From NCBI GenBank assembly GCA_030704615.1, contig CM060731.1:52948001-53012000 (forward strand): a stretch of 64,000 nucleotides of DNA, written 5' to 3'. This document shows positions 11,830 to 23,660 of this stretch, piece by piece. The DNA is from Takakia lepidozioides (taxonomy: Eukaryota > Plantae > Bryophyta). A program made the translations under genes and the position numbers. Each line of letters opens with the position of its first letter. Position 1 is the first letter of the stretch. Under the pieces are notes generated by a model, which ran no database searches, had not been told where the DNA came from, and saw nothing but the letters and a program-made list of their open reading frames with translations.

Positions 11830-12500
11830 TGGCCTGTGGGGCTGTGAGGGGCTGTGACAGGCTGTGCCTTGTGGCCTTTGGGGCTGTGAGGGGCTGTGAG
11901 GGGCTGTGTCAGGCTGTGCCCTATGGCCTGTGGGGTTGTGACGGGCTGTGACAGGCTGTGGCGAGCTGTGACAGGCTGTGATGGGCTGTGATGGGCTGTG
12001 ACAGGCTGTGCCCTATGGCCGATGGGGCTGTGATGGGCTATAAGGGGCTGTGATAGGCTGTGCCCTGTGGCCTGTGGGGCTGTGACGGGCTGTGAGGGGC
12101 TGTGACAGGCTGTGCCCAGTGGCCTTTGGGGTTGTGAGGGGCTGTGACAGGCTGTGCCCTGTGGCCTGTGGGGCTGTGATGGGCTGTGACAGGCTATGAC
12201 AGGCTGTGCCCTATGGCCTGTGGGGCTGTGACGGGCTGTGAGGGGCTGTGACAGGCTGTGCCCTGTGGCCTATGGGGCTGTGAGGGGCTGTGATAGGCTG
12301 TGGCCTTTGGGGCTGTGACCCTGTGGCCTTTGGGGTTGTGATGGCTGTGACAGGCTGTGACATGTGGCCTTTGGGGCTGTGACAGGCTGCGGCCTGTGGG
12401 GCTGTGACAGGCTGCGGCCTGTGGGGCTGTGACTCTGTGACCTGTGTAGGGCTGTGACAGGCTGTGGCCTGTGTGGGGGCTGTGACGGCTGTGACCAATG
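11830..12500 (+). repeat. ~10-bp-unit minisatellite (GGCTGTGACA/GGGCTGTGA variants) in the Gypsy leader
   Basis: Directly visible. The homologous, longer array is at 62300-63976. Confidence 0.95.
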
Positions 12501-13231
12501 AGCTGTGTGGGCCTGTGCTGGTCTGTGGTGGCCCGTGTTGACCTGTGGACGGCCTGTGCTGACTCGTGGAGGCACTGGTGGACTGCCTTAGGACTGGCAT
12601 GTGGTCTTGAAGGCCGAATTTTGAAGCTCGTGGAGGGCGGTTTGAGGAGTATCTTCATGATATTCCCATGGTCATGCAAGTGAGGGAGAAGAGGAGAGGA
12701 AGAGTGTTGGGATGAGGGCATGCTGGGGTTAGGCATTGCTTTAGCTTCTCTTCCTCGTAGTTTCCACCCTCTCATTAGGCCAAGACCTTTCCGTAGGTGG
12801 AGGCAAGAGTCAGTCCGGGTTTGGGCTGGGGTGTCCTTGCGGGAGCAACACCGTGGAGTTGTTTATGGTGTGGGGGAGTTGTCGTTCTGATTTCTTGTGT
12901 TTGGATCCCCTCCATACCTGCATGCTTGACTGTGCGCCATTCTAGTTTTGTGTGGGCGATTGTTTTTATAGGTGATTGGTCCGGATTGATCACCGGCCAG
13001 TCCTAGAGCATGCTGTCGATGGTGAGGCTGGGGTGATGACCAGCCAGACCATCATTGTTTCTCCTGTGGTGAGGTTGGAGGTGATGACCAGCCAACCATA
13101 GGAGTGCTTGCGGTGGATGCAGGTACAGGTGTAGGCTATGTTAAGAACTTAGTATTCCACACCATAAGCCGCAACAGGTTCTCTACCCGGTTACCTTGTG
13201 GAGAGGGGGTTAGGGACATGTTCATGACCAG

Positions 13232-14800
13232 TTGAGTGTCAACACGGAGGTGCCACTAGTTGCTGGGGACAGTGCCGGTTCGAACACTAACGATACTAGT
13301 GGGTACACGAGACGAGGTGTGCGGTTTAGGCCACCTTCACCTCCTGTGTCTTCTACGGAAGGTTCTGATTCGGATTGTGAATCAGGAGGACTCATACGGG
13401 CGGTGCAAGTTGTTTCTTTGCCATTGTTGTGGGACACAATGGAGGAGATGTATGGAGCTACCAAGGGGCCACGAAGGTACGCTGGGGCGGTGGGCACCAT
13501 CGAGTTGAATGATTTTATCCAAGAGTTTGATAGTTGGTGTGATTTGCAGCAAATGCGTAATCCACAACTATTTACGTCTTTCATGGCATGGAAGGGGTTG
13601 TTTCAGCACCTTGAGGGGCCGCCTATGGATGATTACCATGAGTTCAGGCGGGGGCATGACGTTGAGATCGAGGAGTGGAGGATGTACTGGTCACCCGACT
13701 ATGTCTCCATCACTAGGGGCGCTAGAGCCACGAGGGCAATGGCTACACATGCCGCTGCACCGGCAGCTTCAGCAAGCAATAGTGGGACTAGTGGGACTGG
13801 TGGTACAGTAGCTACGACGTCCACCCAAGCCACTACCGCACCAGCACTAGTACCCGTGCCTGCCTTCAACCCTGTTGTGGAGTTCTTCGAAGAGTTGAGA
13901 AGGAACTACCAAGGGGTGAGGACAGAGAAGTTGCGGAGCTTGCAAGAGTTCCAACGGAAGCCGACCGAGAGCTTGAGGGAGGCTTTCACTCGCATGAGGC
14001 GCTTGATAAATGTAACCCAAGGGTTACGGAAGCTCAGGCAGTCCAATTCTGGTTTGGGATATTGGACAAGGAGCTGAGGAGAAGGGTGCGGGATGCAATT
14101 CTCCTACAAGCGGCCCAACCCACCTTAGCAAATGTGTTTTTGCTGGCAGAGCGGATAGAGCTCAACATGGTGGAGGAACGAGTGGTCATGGTGGGATTTG
14201 CTAAGGAGACACCACGGGGTAGTGGTGCTCCTAGCCAACCACTACCTCAGCGTGCTCAAGGCAACAAGGGGGCTTAGGTGAAGCTCAGGGAAGGGCAGAG
14301 AGGACCTCAGATGCATGGGTCTCTCCCTTCATTTGCTGGCCAACAACAGGCGGATGTGGTGTGCTGGACATGTGGAGGACCCCATGTCAAGAAGGATTGC
14401 CCAGAGGGAGGCAAAGGGCCGGCACATGCACAGCCTGCACAGTTGCAGTGTGGGCATTGTGGCAAGCACGGGCATGGAGAGGCCCAGTGTTATGGTTTGC
14501 ACCCTGAGTTGCGCCCAGGCCAGTTCCAAGGGAACAATGGTGGCCGGGGGCGAGGTGGAGCAGCCCAGAGAGGACGAGGTGGCCAGCCACGAGGTGCAAG
14601 CCAAGGGCAAGCTCAACATGGCCAAGGACGCAGAGGTCAGGGTGTTGACCAAGGCATGGCCAACCGGCTTCAGCAGCTAGAGCAGAGGCTCGCTGCCATG
14701 GCTACAGCTCAGGTGGTACCGGCTCTAAGGCCGGATGGTCCACCTCCCGCTCCTGAGGGAGAAGATATGGGAGGCATGGGATTCATGTGTGGTGCAGCAC
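13232..14800 (+). pseudogene. gag: Gypsy gag with two Cys/His knuckles; frameshift and stop; truncated
   Basis: ORFs 13232-14077, 14062-14277, 14278-. Knuckles CWTCGGPHVKKDC and CGHCGKHGHGEAQC. Confidence 0.85.
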
Positions 14801-15794
14801 ACAGCCTGGCCATCCGGGATGTCGAGAATGACAATGTCGGCCGCATAAGTTTTCTGCACACCGCACACGAAGGTGGGACCTGTGCTCACCTACAACAGAC
14901 ATGTTTTTTATAAGAACGATGGCAAGATTGTTTTCAAAGAACGAGACTGAAATACTGCCAACGAAACTTTCAAAAAAAAAGGAAAGAAACTGGAATTCTC
15001 ACCAGATTGAGGAATGAGATTATATTGTCCCAGGTAGGGGATGGCACCCCAGTGTATCCTCTCTTTCGACTCTGCATCATCGAAAGCCAACCCTCATTAA
15101 CAATTTTCATCTCTCCTGTTGAATCAGAACGGGAAGGGTGTGGCTTGGCATCGAACACGCACTGAAGAGTGCGGGTATATCTTCCAGCAGTAAAGTCCTG
15201 CCCACTCTCCATCTCCTTTTCATTCTCCTTCCCCTTGTCCTTTTCCTTCTCTTTGACTTGTCTTTGTCCTTTGGCTTTGCTAGTGAGATGGCTATGACAT
15301 CAACATCCTTGTCTTTTGGTTTGCGGCCCGCCTTCTTTCCCTTCTGCGGCGTTCCCTAAGCATCAGGCTCCTTGGCAGCCAATGTTGCTATGTTTTGTTG
15401 ATACTCTTCGTCAGTCAAAGGCGCCAGCATCTCAGCGTTATTGTTCAAGTATTTCATATGTTGTTCTTGAAAGGTCGTGTGCTCAGGTGGGCAGTCAAGG
15501 TACCACCCGCAGTCTCTGAAGTGAGAAGGACTCCAGTCCTTCAATATCCCTGCAGTATACATGGTTGGATCGTTTGCAGGGTCCGACCACATGTCAAGAT
15601 AGTCGGAAATTCCGCTCAGGTGATTTCCTTCCATAAGCACATATTTCGTGTACCTGAAAAAATGAGATAAATCCCATCCCACAAAAGCGCTCAGTGAGTA
15701 AGATGCAAGTAGAACAGAATGAAAAAAACATAGATTGAAATGGCTCTGAGAACTGCTCCAAGGACCTTTCAGGACCACACTACTGCTCCGGATA

Positions 15795-16517
15795 TGAATG
15801 TCGTCAACGCCATTCAAAACATTCCATTCAATGATACTGTAAATACACCGTAATCCAGGTGAATGCAAATTATCGTTTAGGAATGACACAGACATAGAAG
15901 TGAATGTCGTCAACGACATTCACTAATGAAGCCTAATTATTACTTAAATGAAGCAAAATCACAGGATGGAAATCAAAAAATCGAGTAAGGAACCCTCCAG
16001 GAAAACTCAATGCACATTCATAACGAACATATCACTGAGGACCTCACAACATCACTGTATGTGAATGGCGTCAACGCCATTCACAAAAGTACCAAAAAGA
16101 AACCAATTACTTAGCTCCCAATCCATGTAAATTCAATTTGTCGCTGTTGAATAATACAGACACAGCAGTGAATGTCGTCAACGACATTCACTTGGATTTC
16201 TCATAACAGAGCTTATCAAGCCTCCAGATTCCTCGCAAGAGGCAAAAACAATGCAGAAACAACTGAATGTCTGCATTGACATTCAGCAAAATGAAGTGAG
16301 GAACCCTCACTGTAACCTCTATGGACATTACAAAAATTTACATAACTATGAGGACCTCTCAACAACTCCGTATGTGAATGTCGTCAACGCCATTCAAGGA
16401 CATTATCAATTCTAATCAGGGACACTATAATTGCACCCTTAGATCCTAACCAGGTGAATTCATATACTCGCTTAAGAATGACTCAGACAAAGAAGTGAAT
16501 GTCGTCAACGACATTCA
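15795..16517. repeat. Intronic array of 7 palindromes GTGAATG(T/G)CG-TCAA-CG(A/C)CATTCAC, spaced ~95-160 bp
   Basis: Units at 15795, 15899, 16060, 16167, 16263 (core altered), 16375, 16496, all inside intron 16598-15654. Confidence 0.9.
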
Positions 16518-18393
16518 ATCTAGACCTAAGATTGCAATCCATATGAAGCCACATTTTTCCTCAAAAAAAACAGTAGAGTTTCAAGTATGACATTGCACCT
16601 GTATACAACTCGCATCATGACCCACTCTCCTCCAATCTGACTGTCAAAGTCGTTGGACCGTAAAATGTTACCATCTTTGGAGAACTCCCGGAAAAAACAG
16701 TATCTCCAGGTGAGACCTCTCCACTTCCTTATGTATGCCTCCAATGACATTTGGGGGGCGGAAACAATCGAAATGTTCAGGTCCTTCAAAGTCTGATCCA
16801 GCACAATGACGGCGCGCTTTTCGAGCTGCAAATAGTTTATTTGTCAGAATTGCAAATAAGATACTCATCACATACTTGAAGAGAAGAAAACAACATGTTT
16901 GAATACACACCTGACTCCAAAATGTAGCCTTGTGGAGCCAGTTATCAAACACCAAATCACTGATTCCTTCCACCTTTGTGCCAGGCTGTATGGTGCTCTT
17001 TGGGAACTGATTCAAGTCCTTTACTATTTGATCTGAGTTCCATATCTCCAGCCACCTTATTTTTGTTTGTGGGTCGACCATCGATATGGCCAGCCGGGTG
17101 CAATTTCTCCTGCTGCATCTCCGGATGCACATGCTTGTCATAGTGTGTTTTGATCTGCTGAAGGAACTCAGGACCAAGTCCAGGATCTACTATTCTAAGC
17201 TTCTTTCCGAAGGCAGACATCAATTTGGTTCTTCGCATTTCAAACTCCTTCTTTATTGCAGCTTCCACACCCTTTGATGTCCTTAGTTCTTCTGGTGTAG
17301 TGCGGTAATATTCGGATTTTCCCTTCTCAGCTACCTCTGCCAGTTCTTGCTGCATTGATTCAAGTAGTGATTAGCTCCAAAGGGACTACAAACATGTATT
17401 CGAAAGTAAACAGAGTACAGACTCGGGCTTACCGCATACATGTACTCCAGAAACGCCTCTCGTGTTAAAGAATACCAAGTGCCTGCAGCTCTTCCTGTTT
17501 CGCACTTCTTGATGATATTGGGTGGTAGTACTGTCCGAAAATCATCCAGCTTCATCAGACCAATCCTCTGAATTCGGAATAGTGTGTGAACCAAGCTTGT
17601 TGTCACATGCGATTTTCTCTGTCGATCTGCAAAAACATTGGAAACATTGCATTCCTTAACACTGCTTTTTGAGGATTAATAAGACACTACAGAGGGAATG
17701 AAATCTCCTGGATGACTTAATTGTTCACGTCGTGCATAGCTGTAAGAAGCCTAGCGATGTCGTTTCCAGGATCCAAACCATTGCCTCCACAGCAACATGC
17801 TTGTCTTTGTCTTTCGCATGGTGTTTCTGAATGTATCCCATCCATGCCAGCAATCGGTGGTTGCCGTCCCAGACGTAGACGTAGAACATGTGGTTGCAGA
17901 ATTGCTGGGTGTTCTTTCCCATCATGAGGCCCAGCTCGAACTCCTCATTGGCATCTTTCCAGCACTCATCCAGTTATCACTGATCTCTGGAGACACTAAT
18001 GTGCTTTTCCCATTTATATCCGTCAGTGACACATAAAAAACTTGTGCACCAAGTCTATATCCATGCACAAAATCACTCTCCAATTTTGTTATGTCATGGG
18101 AAAGAGGTGGACGCACAACAGACATTGATATCATCTGGCACAAAGGTATGTCCAGACGCCCTCCAGATACGAGCATGTCCCTTATAACCTCCTGAGAGTT
18201 TACCTTCTGGAATGACATGAGTTCTTTCACCTTGTCAAGGTAGTGCACTTCATATCATCTGCTTCATCTGTATTCTCTGAGCTTTTTGCGGACTCGTCCC
18301 CATCTCCAGATCCTTTCCCCTCTGATCCTGTAGGCTTCGACCTCACAGTTTTCTGCACGATGCCATTCAGTTTTGACTGAGTGATTTACAAAT

Positions 18394-18900
18394 AGTGAAT
18401 GGCGGTAACGACCATCACTCTGTCTCAAGGAAACTCACCATGAATGGTGTGAAAGAATTCAGCACAATCTATACAAGCAAAGCTGATACTGCCGTATTCA
18501 AAACAAAAGCGAGAGCGATAGCGAACGGCGTTAACGACAATCACAAAAGATATCGACCTGCCGGATCGGTGTTGTGTAATGACATCTATGTGCAACTGAT
18601 TGGCGGCAACGACATTCAGTGTAGTTTAGGGCGGACAATAAGTGCAGACTCTCTCTTCAAACACATAGGAACATAAATCTCATGAGGAGAATCGAATGGC
18701 GTTAACGACGCTCGCAATTCAGTAGTTCCTGCTAAAGAAGGGAAGATCCAGGACTCCTTGAAAGGCAATCAGACAGACTGTATGATCTGAACACCAGTGA
18801 ATGACTGTACCGATAGTCACCAACTCATTGTGTGGTAAACCCTTCGCAGAGGAGTAGAAAGCAAATCACCTTTGTGATAGTCGGTAGCGACAATCCCTGT
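18394..18900. repeat. Second, more degenerate array of the same palindrome in the first intron of the copy-2 accessory gene
   Basis: GAATGGCG-NNAA-CGAC-type units at ~18394, 18521, 18595, 18693; weaker at 18441, 18797, 18874. Equivalent position to the 1180-2510 array in copy 1. Confidence 0.75.
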
Positions 18901-19865
18901 CTGGGACATTCCACTCAATCTCTACGCATATCTTCAACAATGAAATGTAAGTTAGATAAAATTTACTGGCACCTTCTTAGGTTTTGAAATTTGATCCCCT
19001 TCTGCAGCTTTCCTCTTCCCTCTCACATCTGCTAGAATTTCTGTCTGCGCTAGGGTTTCTGGACCTTCTCCCGGTTCGGCGTTCCGCGTGCTTCCACCTC
19101 CTTCAGTGTCCCTGCGAATCATCTCTGCCTCCACAGGCTGGCGCACTCTTATCGCCGACTGTGTCACAGCCGCTGCCTCAGTCTCCGTCTGCTCTTTGTG
19201 AATCAGTCTCCGCGTTCACCTGCTGCCTGGCCCTGTGTTCTCCAACAAACGACGCCTCGTCATTTTCTCTCTTGCTCTGCGTCTCTCTCTAATGGAAGTA
19301 AAATAAAGAGACTTTCTTCTCTTTCGTATTCTAGAAGGAACCCTCTCCAGCTTGACTACCACTCTCCCTCTAAGCGCGAAAAGTAGAAAAACACAGTGAC
19401 TCCCGATTTCTTGCGGGATTGCCTGCGTTCTTGCGTGTCTCAAGAAGCATCAGATTCCCTCTCGCGTGACCGTTACACATAGTCGTTCCCTTATTAGTGC
19501 ACATGCCTGCAATTGGTGTACAGCTGTTCGTATTCAGTTATGGATGTCTGACGTGTGTCGCCCAAAAAAAACGGCGTGTTCTTTATTAGAACGGTTTCAA
19601 TATTTAAAAATAACAGCGAATCCCAGAAATTTTGGCGCAGTCTTACACAAATAAATGTAAATGAACGAGAGTTTGATGACAAATCTTGGAATATCATACA
19701 CGGTCATCCTTGTTAGCCAAACCCCACATTCGTTTCACATTTGGAACTTTCCAGGTGCGCATGATCATTGGTTGTAGTATATAGATACATTTACTTAATC
19801 TGCAATCCCATTCTCAGATCCTGTGGCATGCTTCCAGGAAGTCGGCTTTGTTTTTGGGTTTATTG

Positions 19866-22800
19866 ATGAGGTTCGTTGAGCTTTCGGATTCTTCCGATGA
19901 TGACATAAGTGAAATTCCAAATCCAGTCCTTCCTACTGTGGTTGGAGAAGCTGATAAAGAAAAGATTTGTAGTGTCATTCCAAAATTGCGGGCGATGGGA
20001 GGAATGGCTGGATTCAAAAGTGAGTTGCGGGGAATTGATTGGGAATCTTTGAAGCAGGTGCCTGTGAAGTTCTTGCCGGAGACTTTTGATGGCGATATCC
20101 TATTCGAGCTGCCTCCTCCTCCGCGAGTTGGAGGTGTAACAATCATGATGCATGGAATGGACAAGAAACACGATGGGCACCCGTGGTGCAGAACAAAAAC
20201 ATCCAATATTCAGAATGATGACAAGCTTGTTTTCAGGAGGACAGTTTGCAATGGACACCTTAGGTGTGATAATTTGAATTGCAGACACTTTCTTCAGTCT
20301 GGGGTTCATAATCAAAGCGAATGGGAGGGTCTGGCGGAAAATCCATTTCAGCCTGGGACTGCCCCTCCACCGGCAAACACTTTCGTCTGCAAATTCTGCA
20401 AACTTGTGCCATCCTGTTTGGCGCTCTGCGGAGCAAGAATGTACTATGTTGTCCACCGTTTGAATACAATGACGAGAGCTTGAGTGCATTTTGGATTCCA
20501 TAACCATCCTGTCTCGAAGGGGGATTACAGGGAGAGTGTTGAGACAGTATCGAGGTTGATCAAACATGAGTTCGGGAGAAACCCATCCGCAACAATATCT
20601 GCAATTGCTCTTGGCGCAAGCAAGTCCTTCTTGGAAACCCATATTTTGAGTGAAGGAGATTCTGTGGGGACTAAACTTGACGGTGCAACATTGGACTGGT
20701 CATGGATCATTTCTCCACTTTATGTTCACCTAACATTCGGCATCAGATCAATGCATTGAGAATGGGCTCTGGGATCAGAGGCTACATAGAGAATATTTTG
20801 GAATTGAAACGAGTGAGCAAGTACGATTACATCCAGGACAATGTATTCCCAGGTCAAGGTGCCATCAAGTTTTTCTTTTCAAAATGTCGACTGTTGGGGA
20901 GGGCAGTGGGGTTAGCCTCGTGAAGCGGATGCAGAAGACTGGGGACTTGCAGAACTGTTTTCTTATGTTTGATCATGTGAAACGAGTGAAGGATTGGACG
21001 ACAATGGCTTGTCATGTCTACGATCCAGTGTACCAACGAGTTATGACAATTGCAGTTTGTGACATGCAATCCGAGGATACGGAATCCAGAAGCTCATGTG
21101 GAATTCCCTGATACGTGTCATGGGCTGCCATGGGCTGCCATCTCCAAATTTGCAGGTTTCATGGCGGACAGTGCTCAAGCAAATTTCAATGCTGTTCGTA
21201 TTGTCTTCGGATCGGGCGACCCAAAAGTGCCTATGTCAGGAAGAGAGCGTACATGTCTATTCCATTGGACACAATCTCTGGAAAAACATACAAAGTCGGA
21301 CATCAAACCAGAGATGCAGACTCAGCACCGTAAATGTGCAAAGAGTACAAAGATGCTAGAACAATGAACGAGGCGGACACTTTGTTCCAGACAATTCGTG
21401 CATGGTGGTTCTCTGCTGGAGCTGCATCACTTGAGAGTATGAGAGCATTGGAAGATTGGCTGGCGTTTTGGCACTTCGGTATAGACAGTGGGGAGCAGCC
21501 ATGACAATGGTACGAGGCTTCTATTTCATGCTTTATTCATACATTTGCTTTCCATATTTTTGACTCATTGCTTTCTTTATGTTGTTTCCTGTGCACTGTT
21601 CTGAAGTGTGGTTATCCTCTTTGCAGAAAATGTCCATTGAGGAAATGGCGGACATGCCATCTTGCAATTTGGCAGAAACTGTGCACAACGCATGGTTGCA
21701 GCAGTCTGGGAAACGAGGTCGGGATTTGTATGTGGAAAACAACAGATTTTATACGTGCCTTGCAACAACAAACCCGATACCGTGATTTCTTACGAGGTGG
21801 GGTTGGTGGCAAGGGTCCGGACAAATGGGAGTTGATGGTTGCGTGCTGCAAACAGATCTGGGGATCCAATCAAGATAGCACGGGCGGTGAGCATGTATGC
21901 CCAGGGAACGCCACTTGTTTCTAGAGTCCACATCTTGAAGGGGAGGAGAGATTCGGCTCCTGTAAGAGGAAAATTGAACACTCCACCTGGTTCGGATTCA
22001 GATTCCCACAGGGCAGACCGTGATAACTTCTCGAAGCCTCGTGTTCCCCTGCATGACAACTCCATGTCCGGACCTCCATTGTGGAGGAACCTCCAACACG
22101 ACGGCAAAGCTCCAGCATCAAACAGTGCCACTGAAATGGTGCAGGAGAGAAACAAAAAAACCCCCTTGATGTGCTTGAGTCCACATGCCCCGACCACGTT
22201 TGGCACATAGAACGCACAAGTGTAGGGTCTCGTGTGAAATGTACAGCGATCAGGGCAATTAATTTCGAGAAGTGCACTTCATCTATATCCAGAGGTGGTG
22301 CCCGAACTCCTGCTCCGACTTTCACGGGCTTGATGCGTCCATACGGTCAACCAGAAGCCAAGAACCACAAGTTCTGGTTCTGCGCAGATGATTGTGCCAG
22401 ATGTGTGCATGGAACTGTGCGTCCTTCCGTAGTGATGAAGCCAACTCCTCCAACCGTTTGGCCCGTGAAGGTGGGAACACATCTCAGCTTTCAGGAGATT
22501 GAAATGCTGGAGGAGGCAGGTTTTTCCCTTGCGAGAGAACCCCAACTCCATGCATGTGCTACTACTTCTGCGTCCTCCCGGGTCCCCCCGGCAAATCCTG
22601 ACTTGTGGCCAACCAAACGAGATGGAAAGCTCGTTCGGCGTTTCCCTCCAACCGCTGAACATTTTGGCAAAGTGGAGTCCGCAAGAATGCTCCAAGCTCG
22701 TGTTGGAAGCACCACGGAAGTACCCGATCCAGGATATGGTCAGGTATTCACAATCATCACTTCCACATCTGCTGTTCATGACAGGACCTACGACATCACG

Positions 22801-23016
22801 GTTTCCAATTTCCCCAATTGCACATGTCCTGATTTTGTGAATATGCTATCAACCAGTTTGGGCAAGAGAGGTAAATTCATACCCTGCAAACATTTGTATT
22901 TCATATTTTTGAGGAGGATGGTTTGCGATCCCAAACGTGACAACTTCATTCACCAGGCCATTATGAGTTTCAACGAGGTCGATACTCTTTTGCAGCGGGA
23001 TACAACACATGGGTAG
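19866..23016 (+). pseudogene. MULE transposase copy 2: GCM-like Zn domain + DDE + SWIM; stop and frameshifts
   Basis: DGHPW..TKTSN...RRTVCNGHLRC.N..C...C..C.....HFGFHNHP (GCM-like); MFDH, FMADSAQANFNAVRIVFG, CLFHW, CNLAETVH; CTCPDF...PCKH. Intron 21510-21626. Confidence 0.85.
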
Positions 23017-23514
23017 CATGAACTATGTAATGTGGTATGTGGATGACCATGATTTGAAATGTGTAATTCACATTCAATTCGTCGGCTGTGCAATGATATG
23101 GCCTCCAACTATACGGAGTGAGCTCTGACTGACAACTTTTAGGTAGTGCACATTTGTCATTGCACCGTTCGAAGTCTACATGTCTTGCTGTCGCTATGCA
23201 CTACAATCATCTTTTGAAGATGATCCTAACTCTCATTGTTATTTGAGGAGGGAGGAAGGTCTTCCCGTGGCAGCCTTTATGGCGCACACTTTGTGAGGAT
23301 ATTTTGTCGTCCTCGTAATTGTAAAAGTGAAACAATCATTTGTAATTGCACAATGTTGGATGCTGCAATTGTAGGCCTCAATGCTCGTCTTGATTCTATT
23401 TAGGCAAGATTCCCTGCATTAATTCCACGGTCATAGGACCATCCACGGTTATAGGTGGCGCATGTTAATGGTGACGTGGTAGATGACGGACAGTGCCATG
23501 TCATCATTTACCGC

Positions 23515-23645
23515 TACATGACGCTCACGCCACGTCAGCGTGTGTGCAGGCTCACGCCACGTCAGCTGGCGTGAGCGTACGCTCACGCCACGTCACTCCT
23601 GCGTGAGCGTACGCTTGCGCGCTCACGCGCAACGCTCACGCCATT
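23515..23645. repeat. Subterminal GCTCACGC(CACGTCA) repeats of MULE copy 2
   Basis: At least 6 direct/inverted copies, including the palindrome GCGTGAGCGTACGCTCACGC at 23569-23588. Confidence 0.85.
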
Positions 23646-23660
23646 GCGTCGTTGACCCTG

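Larger units (their letters stand above)
9971..14800 (+). mobile_element. Ty3/Gypsy retrotransposon, 5' part only (repeat A, leader, gag), truncated at 14800
   Basis: ~11820-14800 is an inverted, close copy of ~64000-60040. Starts TGTCAAG at 9971 and breaks off inside gag. Confidence 0.9.
14801..19443 (-). pseudogene. MULE accessory gene, copy 2: ParB/Srx-like domain ... start of an amino-methyltransferase-like fold; frameshifted and truncated
   Basis: Exons ~19443-18950, ~18360-17720, 17626-17433, 17349-16911, 16825-16599, 15653-15003, 14889-14801. VWDGNHRL at 17874-17851. Last exon reads VSTGPTFVCGVQKTYAADIVILDIPDGQAV. Confidence 0.8.
14801..23660. mobile_element. MULE copy 2 (accessory gene -, transposase +); left end deleted; right end ...GACCCTG
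   Basis: Same two-gene divergent layout as copy 1. Subterminal GCTCACGC repeats at 23515-23645. Abuts the middle of the copy-3 accessory gene. Confidence 0.85.

Noticed and set aside
15795-16517. CRISPR-like repeats with variable spacers
   Set aside because: Spacers are long, irregular and partly homologous to each other; eukaryotic intron context; no cas genes.
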